Shown piece by piece: positions 30,583 to 40,406 of a stretch of 64,000 bases of DNA. The notes under the pieces are model-generated. The model had not been told where the DNA came from, did no database searches, and worked only from the letters and a program-made list of their open reading frames with translations. Both the position numbers and the translations under genes were made by a program. The number at the start of each line of letters is the position of its first letter. The first letter of the stretch is position 1. The DNA comes from a bacterium (GTDB taxonomy: Bacteria > UBA8248 > JACPRG01 > G963555815): contig CBDHDG010000007.1 of the NCBI GenBank assembly GCA_965261595.1, forward strand, positions 448,001-512,000, read 5' to 3'.

Positions 30583-31149
30583 CTACTCGCTCAACCGGAA
30601 CGTGCCGAGGGAGAGGTCTTCCGCCTCCTCCTCGTCCGCCCGGGGGGTGAAGACGAGGTTGGGTGTGTCGAAGCGGACCTCGCCCCGGGAAGCGGCCAGG
30701 ATGGCTTCGACGATCTTCTTGTACCCGGTGCACCGGCAGAGGTTTCCCGCCATGTAGAGTCGGACCTCATCTTCGGTGGGGTTCGGGTTCTCGCTCAACA
30801 GGGCGCGGGCCATCATGATCATTCCCGGGATGCAATAGCCGCACTGGATGGCGCCGTATTCGATGAAGGCCCGCTGGAGGATGTCGAGACGGCCGTTCTC
30901 GGCGAGTCCCTCGATGGTCGTCACTTCGGCGCCTTCGGCGTCGAGCGCCAGGGTTGTGCAGGCGCTGACCGCCCGCCCGTTCACCAGGACCGTGCAGGAG
31001 CCGCATACCTGAATGTCGCAGGACTTCTTCAGACCGGTCAGGTCCAGGCCATCGCGCAGCAGGTCCAGGAGCAGCGTCCGGGGCTCGGCCGCGGCCTCCA
31101 CGTCCGCGCCGTTCACCCTCAGGCGGAGGATCCGTTTGGCCGGCTTCAT
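30583..31149 (-). CDS. Xanthine dehydrogenase family 2Fe-2S subunit (CoxS-like)
   Basis: KKSCDIQVCGSC, QCGYC, NLCRCTGY. Confidence 0.93.
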   Translation of the reverse strand: MKPAKRILRLRVNGADVEAAAEPRTLLLDLLRDGLDLTGLKKSCDIQVCGSCTVLVNGRAVSACTTLALDAEGAEVTTIEGLAENGRLDILQRAFIEYGAIQCGYCIPGMIMMARALLSENPNPTEDEVRLYMAGNLCRCTGYKKIVEAILAASRGEVRFDTPNLVFTPRADEEEAEDLSLGTFRLSE

Positions 31150-32063
31150 GGGCTTTCCTTCTCCGAGGGCCGGGCCGCCATGGCCATGGCCTCGGCCAGG
31201 CCTTGTTTCAACAGGGCCCGGGCGACGTCGCGCTTGTACCAATCCGAGCCGTAGATGTCGGTTTGGGGATTGATCTCTTCCCCCGCCGCTTGGGCGGCCG
31301 TTTCCAGCAGCTCGGCCGAAAAGCCCCCGTTTTCCGGACGGACTCCCCGGACGCATTCCTCGGCCCGCTTCGCCCGGACGGGCGTCGGGGCGACGGCCCC
31401 GAGGACGATGCTCACCTCATCCACGACGCCGGCCTTCAGCGCGAGGCGGACCGCCGCGCAGACCGTCGGCTTGTCCGAAGCCGTTCGCTGACAGAACTTC
31501 CGGTACGAGCAGCCCACCTCCCCCGCCGGAACGGGAATGGAGATTCGGGTGATCATCTCCAGCGGGTCGAGGGCGGTTTCGTAATAGTCGACGTAGAGCG
31601 AATCCAGGTCTAGGACTCGCTCCCCTTGCGGCCCGGCAACGCTCACTTCCGCGCCCAGGGCCATGAGGAGGGAAGGGGGATCGGACTGGGGCTCGGCGAA
31701 GGCCAGGCTCCCGCCCAGTGTCCCGACGTTCCGCACCCGGACATTCGCCAGATCGGATTCCATTTCCGGGATGACGGGAATTTTGTCCTTGAGCAAGTCC
31801 GAGAACTCGAGCGCCCGGTGGGTCGCCATCGCCCCGATGTGGACGCGGCTCCCGCCGATCTCCGATTCCAGCTCGATTCGATCCAGGCCGGAGACGCGCT
31901 TGAGGTTGACGACCTGCTCGGCCGAGAACAGGCCCTCTTTCATCAGGAAGAGCAGAGAGGTTCCCCCCGCGTAAAGCTTCGCGTCCTCTCCGTACCGCTC
32001 CAGAAGGCCCAGGGCCTCCTCGACCGACTCCGGCGAGTGATATTCAAAGGGTTTCACCGCCAT
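31146..32063 (-). CDS. Xanthine dehydrogenase family FAD-binding subunit (CoxM-like)
   Basis: FEYHSPESVEEA, AGGTSL, VRNVGTLGGSL. Confidence 0.93.
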   Translation of the reverse strand: MAVKPFEYHSPESVEEALGLLERYGEDAKLYAGGTSLLFLMKEGLFSAEQVVNLKRVSGLDRIELESEIGGSRVHIGAMATHRALEFSDLLKDKIPVIPEMESDLANVRVRNVGTLGGSLAFAEPQSDPPSLLMALGAEVSVAGPQGERVLDLDSLYVDYYETALDPLEMITRISIPVPAGEVGCSYRKFCQRTASDKPTVCAAVRLALKAGVVDEVSIVLGAVAPTPVRAKRAEECVRGVRPENGGFSAELLETAAQAAGEEINPQTDIYGSDWYKRDVARALLKQGLAEAMAMAARPSEKESP

Positions 32064-32110
32064 TCTCTAACCTCGTTCAGGCCGGGAGCGATACTTTGGG
32101 CCAGACAGGC

Positions 32111-33109
32111 CTAGAGCTTCCATTCGCCGTTCTCCACGACCACCGTATCGTCCACCCTGAAGGTGCAGTTGCGCACCGACCCATCGAGGTGGAGCCGGCA
32201 GTCGTTTCGCCCCCCCGGGTAGGCATGACAGTTGTCCCCGAGGGCGAAGTGGGCGGTGCCCAGCTTCCCCTTTTCCGAGGGTCCGCCGAAGGGCGGTTTG
32301 TCGCTGATGCCCACGCCGATTTCGCCGATGATCTCCACGTTCTTCACCCCGGCGATGGTCTTCTTGAGGGCCTCGGCCTCGGCCCCCCCGTTGATCTCGA
32401 CCGCCCGGCCGTCCTTGACGATCCATTCAATGGGGCGGGGGAGCGTTCCCGGCATTCCGATCCCCAATTGAATGCCGTCCACCACGATGCGTCCCTCGGT
32501 TTTGTCCTCGACGCACGCCCAGGCCACTTCGGTCCAGAGCGGGATGGGGGACATCATGATCCCGTTCTGTTTGATGGGGGGGAGAACCAGGGCCGGACGG
32601 CCTTCGATGGAGACGCGGATGTCCGTGCCCGCGGGGGAGGTGACCCGGATGTTTTTGGCCCCTTTGGCGAGCGCTCCCAGGTCGCCGCACCGTTTGGCGA
32701 CGGTGGCGAGGTCCTCATCGGTGAGGACCCACCGGTCCATCCCTTCTTCGATGGACGCGATTCGGTGGTCGGCGTCCACTGTCTCTTTGACGCAGGGCAC
32801 GTGAGCGAAGCGGTTCGCCCATTCCAGGTTCGTGTAAATGAGGGTCACCTCGGCGTCCACGATGGCCCGGGCGATGTGATCGGGCGGTGTCATGGGGTAG
32901 CCGGTGTCGGCCTGGCCGGCGGTGACGTAGGGCGTCATGTCGATCAGGGCGGGAAAGGCGCCGAGGGCGAAACAGAGCCCCGAGAGCACCTTGGCGTGAC
33001 GCTCATGGTCCTCGTCGTAGAGGATGACGACCTTCTCGCCCGATTCGACGTGCATGCACGTCTCGACGATGAACCGTCCGCCTTTGATGAGCGTGGTTTC
33101 TGAAATCAT
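32111..33109 (-). CDS. Thermophilic metalloprotease M29/aminopeptidase-fold protein (NicX-like fold)
   Basis: VTSPAGTDI, EGRIVVDG, IGEIGVG, GTAHFALGDN, LHLDG. Confidence 0.8.
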   Translation of the reverse strand: MISETTLIKGGRFIVETCMHVESGEKVVILYDEDHERHAKVLSGLCFALGAFPALIDMTPYVTAGQADTGYPMTPPDHIARAIVDAEVTLIYTNLEWANRFAHVPCVKETVDADHRIASIEEGMDRWVLTDEDLATVAKRCGDLGALAKGAKNIRVTSPAGTDIRVSIEGRPALVLPPIKQNGIMMSPIPLWTEVAWACVEDKTEGRIVVDGIQLGIGMPGTLPRPIEWIVKDGRAVEINGGAEAEALKKTIAGVKNVEIIGEIGVGISDKPPFGGPSEKGKLGTAHFALGDNCHAYPGGRNDCRLHLDGSVRNCTFRVDDTVVVENGEWKL

Positions 33110-33539
33110 GAATGTCCTCCCGCGGGTCCGGAGGCGTCGGGGAGCGCGCCTCGCCCGCCTCGGGATCGGGATCCCCGGCCGCACCCACCCCTTCCCGGCT
33201 TGCCTGTCGCAGCCGATCCAAGGCGCCTTTTATCGCCGTCCGGTGAAATCGCGTTTGCCGGATTCAAGAATTGCTTGTACCGGATTAGGGAGTGTCCTGT
33301 CAACATTCGTTGGCGAGGACGGCCGGTGGATTCAAGGCGGGCGTCGTCCGTAGAAGGAAGCCTTGTTTCCCTTGTGGCGCGTGTGATAGGAATAACCTTG
33401 TTCTCCGCCACCCGGTTGTTTTATCAGCGTTTTCGGCCTGTCGGTCATTACCCTTCACCCGGCGGGCGGAGGGAAGGATTGGACGATAGCGCGTCCGGCC
33501 GCAGGGTTTCTTGTTCTTCCGTGTTCGGAGTGAAAAAGG

Positions 33540-34985
33540 ATGACACAAATCCAGACAGCCGTCGGCATCGGGGCGACCTTTCAGCGGATGATCGACGAGG
33601 GCGAGGTCGTCGTTATCGAGCGCGAGGTGGACAGCGTCCACGAGGTCGCCGGGATCTTCATGAAGCTGGACCAGCTCCGGTACACCCCGGCGGTCCTGTT
33701 TCAAAACGTCAAGGGATACACGATGCCCGTCGGGGGGACGCTGTTCAGCGAGCGCTCCCGGGTCAAGCGGCTCCTGGGCATGCCGGAGGAGGACATCGCG
33801 TTCAAGCGCGCCTTCCTGGCCGCGATGGAAAAGCAGGTGGACCCCGTCGTGGTCTCCGACGGCCCCTGCCAGGAGGTCGTCCACACCGAAGGGTTCGACG
33901 CCCTGAGCTTTGTCCCTTCCATCCAGGCGTCGCTCGATGACGGGGGGAAGTACTTCCAGGCCGCCGTCATCACCAAGGATCCGGAAACCGGCACGCGGAA
34001 CATGGGCGTGTACCGGAACATGCTCCTCGATGACAACCGCACGGTCATCAACATCCGGCCCGAGGCCCACATCGGGATGCACTTCCGGAAGGCCAAGGAG
34101 CGGAACGCGCCCTTCCCCGTGGCGCTCATCTTCGGCATGGACGCCGAGATCTACCTTTCCGGGGTGACCAAACTCCCCTTCGGCCGGGAGGAATTCGCCC
34201 TGGCGGGGGTCCTGAAGGGCGAGCCCGTCGAGCTGGTCAAGTGCAAGACCGTGGACCTGGAGGTCCCGGCGTCGGCGAACATCGTCATCGAGGGCGTCGT
34301 CGAGCCGCCTTACGACGAGGAATGGGAGGGGCCCTGGCCGGAATTCTTGAAATACCTGAGCATCCCCCAGCGGAAGCCCATCTTCCGGATCACCGGCGTC
34401 ACGCACTGCGCCCAGCCCATGAGCTACAACATCGTCCCCGGGACGAAAGAGAACTACAACATCCGCATCTCCAACGACGTGGCCTTCTACCAGTACGTCA
34501 AGGCCATCGAGCCCACGTTCGTCGTGGACGCTGCGCTCACGCGCGGCTCGGCCCACTGGCACCACGGCATCCTCCAGCTCAAAAAGGACACCCCGGACCG
34601 GGAGGGCCAGCAGATCCAGGTGGCCCTGGCGGCGTTCGGGTTCTCGGTGTATCTGGAGAGCCTCACGCTGGTGGACGAGGACGTGGACATCTACGACATG
34701 GACGCCATCGACTGGGCCGTCACCACCCGGTGCAACCCCAAGGAGCAGGTCCACATCCTGCCCGAGGCCAAGACCCACCGGAACAACCCCATCGCGGGCG
34801 TGCGCTCGCTCATTCCGGGGGACTCGGTCGTCAAGGCCAAGATGATCACCGACGCCACCATCCCCTGGAAGTACAAGACCATCGAGCAGGAAGGCGTCCC
34901 GCCGCTCTTCATGCGCGCCCGTTTCCAGGAGACGCCCCTCGAAGAGTACCTGAGTCCCGAGGATTTCAAGCGGTGGGCGGGTTGA
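33540..34985 (+). CDS. UbiD-family prFMN-dependent (de)carboxylase
   Basis: DGGKY, KDPETGTRNMGVYR, VPASANIVIEG, EGPWPEF, VDEDVD..WAVTTR. Confidence 0.92.
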   Translation: MTQIQTAVGIGATFQRMIDEGEVVVIEREVDSVHEVAGIFMKLDQLRYTPAVLFQNVKGYTMPVGGTLFSERSRVKRLLGMPEEDIAFKRAFLAAMEKQVDPVVVSDGPCQEVVHTEGFDALSFVPSIQASLDDGGKYFQAAVITKDPETGTRNMGVYRNMLLDDNRTVINIRPEAHIGMHFRKAKERNAPFPVALIFGMDAEIYLSGVTKLPFGREEFALAGVLKGEPVELVKCKTVDLEVPASANIVIEGVVEPPYDEEWEGPWPEFLKYLSIPQRKPIFRITGVTHCAQPMSYNIVPGTKENYNIRISNDVAFYQYVKAIEPTFVVDAALTRGSAHWHHGILQLKKDTPDREGQQIQVALAAFGFSVYLESLTLVDEDVDIYDMDAIDWAVTTRCNPKEQVHILPEAKTHRNNPIAGVRSLIPGDSVVKAKMITDATIPWKYKTIEQEGVPPLFMRARFQETPLEEYLSPEDFKRWAG

Positions 34986-35298
34986 GGCGCGGGTCGGTTG
35001 ACCCCTCGGGTTGGATGACCCCTCGGGTCGGGGGACCCCCTGGGCGGGCTGAAGGACTGGCCCATTCGCGGGAAGACCCGGAAGGAACGGGAAGTCGACG
35101 CCCTCACCGTCTTTTCCGCGCGGAAAACCAAGCTTGAGAGATCCCTCGGTTCGCACGGGACTAGCCTCACGCATTCCTTAGAATGCGTCTTTATTTCGTT
35201 TCGGATTGCCGGAGGCCGCCCTATCGGGACCGGCCGGCCGCGGGTCCGTCGCTGAACAGGAAACACCTTCGACGTAACGCGAGAAAGGTGGGCGAGAC

Positions 35299-36081
35299 AT
35301 GGAGGCGGATCTGAAAGGCCGGGTGGCCGTCGTCACGGGGGCGGCCCAGGGGATCGGCAAGGTCGTTGCGGCGGGGCTGGCGCGGGCGGGGGCGGACGTG
35401 GCCCTGGCCGACGTTCAGGACGCGGCCTCGGCGGCGGAGGAGATCGCGGCCGCGGGCGGGAACGCCCGGGCCTTCGAGACGGACGTCGCGGAGGAATCCG
35501 CCGTCAAAGCCCTGGCGGAAGGCGTCGCGGCGGAATTCGGCCGGATCGATGTCTGGGTGAACAACGCCGCGCTCTTCGCGAACCTCAAGAGAGACCAGTC
35601 CCTCGAAGACATCCCCATCGAGGAGTGGGACCGGGTGATGGCCGTCAACGTCCGGGGCGTGTTCCTCGGGATGAAGGCCGCCGCGCCGGCCATGCGGAAA
35701 GCCGGCGGCGGCTCCATCATCAACTTCGCCTCGGACACGGTGCACAAGGGGGTCCCCGGCTTCCTTCACTATGTGGCCTCCAAGGGCGCCGTCATCGGGA
35801 TGACGCGCGCGGCGGCGCGCGAGCTGGGGGAGTCCGACATCCGGGTGAACGCCGTCGCGCCCGGCTTCACGATGAGCGAGGGGAACCGGAGACTGACGGA
35901 GGACCCGGACAAGGCGGAGTGGTGGAATAAGATGGAGGCGCGGATCGTCGGGACACGCTCCCTGAAGCGCCATCAACAGCCCGAGGACCTGGTCGGGACT
36001 GTCGTTTTCCTGGCCTCCGACGCCAGCGCGTTCATGACGGGCCAGACCCTGCTGGTGAACGGTGGGGATGTTTTCGTTTGA
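35299..36081 (+). CDS. Short-chain dehydrogenase/reductase
   Basis: TGAAQGIG, NNA, YVASK, VNAVAPG. Confidence 0.95.
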   Translation: MEADLKGRVAVVTGAAQGIGKVVAAGLARAGADVALADVQDAASAAEEIAAAGGNARAFETDVAEESAVKALAEGVAAEFGRIDVWVNNAALFANLKRDQSLEDIPIEEWDRVMAVNVRGVFLGMKAAAPAMRKAGGGSIINFASDTVHKGVPGFLHYVASKGAVIGMTRAAARELGESDIRVNAVAPGFTMSEGNRRLTEDPDKAEWWNKMEARIVGTRSLKRHQQPEDLVGTVVFLASDASAFMTGQTLLVNGGDVFV

Positions 36082-36112
36082 TAGATATCGTACAGTTGAG
36101 AAGGAGAAAAAC

Positions 36113-36352
36113 ATGTTTGGACTTGGACTGCAGGAACTGCTGATCTTGGTTGTGATTTTTGGGCTTTTTGCTTTAGTCACTTGGCCATTTTGGAAAATCT
36201 TCTCAAGAGCGGGGTTTTCTGGATGGCTGAGTTTAACTCAACTAGTTCCCATTCTTAACGTTGTTGTATCATTCTACTTTGCTTTTGCTAAATGGCCTAT
36301 TCAAGAAGAACTGAATCTGATGAAGCAGATGTCGAGGGAAAACGAAGGTTAG
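36113..36352 (+). CDS. Small low-GC membrane protein
   Basis: Strong RBS AAGGAG; PFWKIFSRAGFSGWLSL..VPILN..FAFAKWP. Confidence 0.7.
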   Translation: MFGLGLQELLILVVIFGLFALVTWPFWKIFSRAGFSGWLSLTQLVPILNVVVSFYFAFAKWPIQEELNLMKQMSRENEG

Positions 36353-36698
36353 TTGAAAATTGACGGGGCTACCTCCGTTTAGAGCAGTTGAGTCTTGCAA
36401 AACAGAACGTCGGATCACCGAAGCGAAGTAGATTCTGCATGAACGCGGTACGGCAATAGGGGGGCGAGACAGCCATCATAACGGTTTGGAAAGATCTCCT
36501 TATCTGCCTAACCGGGATTTCTCACCAATCCGAAGAGCCGAGTCGGCGATCTTCCAGGAAACTCATTGAGGGACAATGACTTGCATGAACAGAGGGTCTT
36601 GGCGAGTCACTGACAGGGTGTGCCTGAGGAAGGGGAGGGATCGAACGGCTCGAAGCTCGTTGGACTGTTTGTTGGTGATTCAACCTGCGAGCGTTTGT

Positions 36699-36785
36699 TG
36701 GGGGCGGGTACAGAGCCCCGCCCCTACATCTGAGGTGCCCTTTGGGAGTTTTGTGTGTAGGGGCCGGGGCTCCGTACCCGCCCCT
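36699..36785. repeat. Inverted pair of GTAG-type REP palindromes
   Basis: GGGGCGGGTACAGAGCCCCGCCCCTAC ... GTAGGGGCCGGGGCTCCGTACCCGCCCC. Confidence 0.7.
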
Positions 36786-36886
36786 GTTCGTCCACCTGCT
36801 GGAGCAACAGCGTTGCATCGATGGTGCCCTGCAGTCTCAGCGAACACTTTGTGAGAAATGCGGGCTAAATTGAAACGGAGGATATC

Positions 36887-38479
36887 GTGCCCGATTACGA
36901 TGTGATTGTCGTGGGCGCCGGACACGCCGGGATGATGACCGCAACCTATCTGGCCCGGACGGGACTGGACGTCCTGATCATGGAAAAGGGTCTGGAAGTC
37001 GGCGGGGACATGAACACCGAGTCCTTCACCCACCCCGGCTACTGGCATAACCTCCATTCCTATTACCACCTCGGCGTGGACCGGCTGGCCCCCTTCCGGG
37101 ACCTGGAGTTCGAGCGGTTCCACGCCCGCTACGCAACGCCCGATCCCCAAAACGCCCTTCTCCTGGAAGACGGCCGGACGATCATCGGCTCCCTGGCCGC
37201 GGAGAAGACGGCCGCCTCGGTGGGGGCCGTCTCGGCGGAGGACGGAGAGACGGTCCGGGACGTGAACCGCCGCCTGGGCGGGTTTCTCAAAGAGCAGGTC
37301 GTACCCGCCCTCTACGGCGCGCCCCGAAACGGGGGGGGGGGGGACGGCGGCGCCGATCCGCTCGGCGGGTTGCCGGACTCTCGGGAAGCCCGGGAGATCA
37401 TGGAGTTCAAGGATCTGACGGCGGCAGCGGCGGCGGAGCGCCTCTTCAAAGACCCGGCCGTTCAGGCCTTCTACCTCAATCAACTTCCCGTCATTCGCGG
37501 ACTCCGAACCGATGTCCCCGGTCTCGGCCACGTTGTTCTGCTGGCCGTCGCCCAGGCGGAGACGGCGATGCTCCTCGTCGACGGCGGGCCGCACGTCATG
37601 GCCCACGCCCTCTGGCGGGCGATGCTGGCCGCGAAGGGGAAGGTGAAGACCGTTTGCGATTATCGGAAGATCATCGTCGAGAACGGCCGGGCGGTCGGCG
37701 TCGAGCTGGCCGACGGGACGCGCCTGGGCGCGCGGAAATGTGTCATCGGCGCCCTCGGGCTGGAGGAAATCTTCCTGGATCTCGTGGGGAGGGAGAACCT
37801 GCCCCCGGGGCTGGCCGACGGGATCGGCGGCTTCCATTCCTCCAACTTCGCCGTCCTGAGCGTCCACCTGGCGATTCGGGGATCGATCTCTTTCCGCGGC
37901 CGGCACGCCGAGCTGGAGCGGACGTTCAAGGTGGACCTGGGTCCGCAAACCCCGGAGGGCTGGGCCGACCTCTGGAGTGCCGTGGACGGGGGAAGGCCGC
38001 CCGATCCCCTCTGCCTCTCGGCGAGCATCCCGACGGCGTACGATTCTCTTCACGCCCCCGACGGCGGAAGCACGGCCGTGCTATGGGTGCCCGTCCCGTA
38101 CCGGATCGGAGACCAAGGCGTGGACGGCTGGGACGACGTGAAGGACGCGTTCCGGGACGCCTGCATGGCGCGGTTCAACGAAGTCGCGGACCTGTCCCAG
38201 GCGACCATTCTGGACGCGGAGGTCATCTCCCCGGCCGACATCGACCGGGGCGTGGGCAACCTGGACAAGGGCGCGATCCACATGGGGGAGATCATCTACC
38301 GCCGGGATGAGTACTTTTCCAGCGTCCCCGACCTGGCGAGCTACCGGACGCCCATCGAGGGCCTCTACTACTGCGGGTCGTGCACCCATCCGGGAGGCGG
38401 CGTCATCGGGGCGACGGCGTTCCACACCGTGAACGTCATCGCCGATGATTTGGGGATTGAGAAGTGGTGGGCTCTGTAG
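36887..38479 (+). CDS. Phytoene-desaturase (CrtI)-like FAD oxidoreductase
   Basis: VVGAGHAG, APDGGSTA, YRTPIEGLYYCGSCTHPGGGV. Confidence 0.88.
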   Translation: MPDYDVIVVGAGHAGMMTATYLARTGLDVLIMEKGLEVGGDMNTESFTHPGYWHNLHSYYHLGVDRLAPFRDLEFERFHARYATPDPQNALLLEDGRTIIGSLAAEKTAASVGAVSAEDGETVRDVNRRLGGFLKEQVVPALYGAPRNGGGGDGGADPLGGLPDSREAREIMEFKDLTAAAAAERLFKDPAVQAFYLNQLPVIRGLRTDVPGLGHVVLLAVAQAETAMLLVDGGPHVMAHALWRAMLAAKGKVKTVCDYRKIIVENGRAVGVELADGTRLGARKCVIGALGLEEIFLDLVGRENLPPGLADGIGGFHSSNFAVLSVHLAIRGSISFRGRHAELERTFKVDLGPQTPEGWADLWSAVDGGRPPDPLCLSASIPTAYDSLHAPDGGSTAVLWVPVPYRIGDQGVDGWDDVKDAFRDACMARFNEVADLSQATILDAEVISPADIDRGVGNLDKGAIHMGEIIYRRDEYFSSVPDLASYRTPIEGLYYCGSCTHPGGGVIGATAFHTVNVIADDLGIEKWWAL

Positions 38480-38540
38480 GAGCGGGTCCAAGCCTGCCCT
38501 CTGCGACGGCAGGGGGTCCCCGCCCGCTGTTTTGCTTTCG

Positions 38541-38597
38541 TGGCGGGCAAGATGCCCGCCCCACCTCGGTGGGTAGGCCGGGCATCCTGCCCGGCAG
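38541..38597. repeat. REP-like palindrome pair, same family as in the deaminase array
   Basis: GGCGGGCAAGATGCCCGCCCCAC ... GGTAGGCCGGGCATCCTGCCCGGC. Confidence 0.7.
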
Positions 38598-38717
38598 GAA
38601 TTGATTCATTGCGGAGGCGCCGGCGGACAAGCCGCCAGTGGCACACGGTCCATCGGAAAGAGGTGAAGGGGCGCCGCCGCTTGGTAGTTCGCACCCGCCC
38701 GCCACAGGAGAGAGATT

Positions 38718-40343
38718 TTGGCGCTGAAGGCCGAATACGACGCGATCATCATCGGGGCGGGGCACAACGGCCTGATCCTGGCGGGGTACATGGCCCGGGC
38801 GGGGCTGGAAGTGGTCGTCCTGGAACGATATCTTGAACAAGGCGGGGGCCTCGACACGCACGTGGACCCGCACCACCCCGGCTTCCTCCACAACATGCAC
38901 TCTTTCTTCCACCGCAACCTCACGAACCTCCCCTGGTGGCGGGACCTCCAGGTCGGAGAGTACGACGTGGAATACCTCTATCCGGAAGTGGGCTGCGGGA
39001 TGATGATGGAAGGAGAGCGGTGCCTCCTGCTCTACTCGGACGTGGAAAAAACCCTGAAATCCATCGCGAAGCTCTCGCCCCGCGACGCGGAGACCTGGAA
39101 GGACGTGTATCGCCGGTGGCAAAACGTTGTCCGGGACGTGAGCGAGCCGATGACCTACTCCCCCCCGATCGGCTGGGAAAAGGTAAAAAGCCTCGCGAAA
39201 GGGAGCGAATCGGGCCGTGAGTTCCTCGCCTTCGCCGACAAGTCGCCCGACGAGGTGGCGTCCGAGCTGTTCGAGAGCGACGCGGTGCGCGCGATCCTTC
39301 TCTATCTTGCCGACATCCGGGGTTACGACTCCCTGTCCAAGCGCCTGGGATGGATCATCCCCCACATGATGGCCACGCGCGTTGGCCCCCAGATGGCGCG
39401 CGGCACCTCTCACCGCCTGGCGCATGCCCTGGACGCCAGCGCGCTTTCCGCCGGAGCGGACGTGGTTGAGGGCAGGGAGGTCACGCGGATCCTGGTCGAG
39501 GGGAGCCGCGCGACGGGCGTCGAGCTGAAAAACGGCGAGCGGATCCGCGCCAAACGGTTCATCGCCACCAACACCGGGCCGGCCCAGACCTTCGTGGACC
39601 TCATCGAGCCCGGCCACGTCGATCCCAAGCTGGCCGAGCGGACCAAGGGCTACGAGTACGGCCCCGTCGGTCCCATCTTCTCCATCAACCTGGCCCTGAA
39701 CGAGCGGCCCGTTTACACCGCCGAGAAGCATGAGCCCGACGCGGCGCGGAGTTTCCTGACCGTCGTGGGCCTGGACGCTCCGGAGGACATGCACGAGCTG
39801 CACCGGGCGCATCAGGAGCGCCGACTGCCCAAGAAGCTTTTCTTCAACGGGACGACGCCCACGGTGTTCGACCCCAGCAAGGCGCCCCCCGGCAAGCACA
39901 CGGCCTTCATGTGGCAGTTGGTTCCTTACCACATCGATAACAATCCGCGGAAGTGGCGGGAGATTCATGAAGAGTTTCTGGACGCCCTCCACGACCGGTG
40001 GGCGCATTTCGCCCCGAACCTCAAGAAGCCCGGCGTTATCGTCAACAAGTTCGGCCAGATGCCGCTCGACATCGAGAGCCACGTCACCACCATGGTGGGC
40101 GGAGACTGGATGCACGGCAACATGAGCGAGAAGCAGTTCTACGACCGGCGGCCCCTGCCCGAGCTCTCGGGTTACCGGACGCCCATCGAGGGACTTTTCC
40201 TGTGCGGCTCCTGCACGCATCCGGGCGGGAACATCACGGGCGGGCCGGGTTACAATTCCGCCAAGGCCATCGCCGAAGATTTGGGCATGGACCCATGGTG
40301 GAAGCCCTTGAACTTCGAGGAGCGCCTGAACGGCCTGAAGTAA
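38718..40343 (+). CDS. Phytoene-desaturase (CrtI)-like FAD oxidoreductase
   Basis: IIGAGHNGL, DPSKAPPGKHTA, YRTPIEGLFLCGSCTHPGG. Confidence 0.9.
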   Translation: MALKAEYDAIIIGAGHNGLILAGYMARAGLEVVVLERYLEQGGGLDTHVDPHHPGFLHNMHSFFHRNLTNLPWWRDLQVGEYDVEYLYPEVGCGMMMEGERCLLLYSDVEKTLKSIAKLSPRDAETWKDVYRRWQNVVRDVSEPMTYSPPIGWEKVKSLAKGSESGREFLAFADKSPDEVASELFESDAVRAILLYLADIRGYDSLSKRLGWIIPHMMATRVGPQMARGTSHRLAHALDASALSAGADVVEGREVTRILVEGSRATGVELKNGERIRAKRFIATNTGPAQTFVDLIEPGHVDPKLAERTKGYEYGPVGPIFSINLALNERPVYTAEKHEPDAARSFLTVVGLDAPEDMHELHRAHQERRLPKKLFFNGTTPTVFDPSKAPPGKHTAFMWQLVPYHIDNNPRKWREIHEEFLDALHDRWAHFAPNLKKPGVIVNKFGQMPLDIESHVTTMVGGDWMHGNMSEKQFYDRRPLPELSGYRTPIEGLFLCGSCTHPGGNITGGPGYNSAKAIAEDLGMDPWWKPLNFEERLNGLK

Positions 40344-40406
40344 TTCAGCCGATGCCGGCGGACGGACCCGCGCGGGCGCCGCGATGAACGCGGATGAGGA
40401 GGGACC

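Noticed and set aside
28239..32063. Aerobic CO dehydrogenase
   Set aside because: The large subunit has GTGFRGFG, not the AYxCSFR motif of form I CODH
36887..40343. Carotenoid biosynthesis
   Set aside because: No phytoene synthase or prenyltransferase nearby; the catabolic context suggests CrtI-like oxidoreductases of other function
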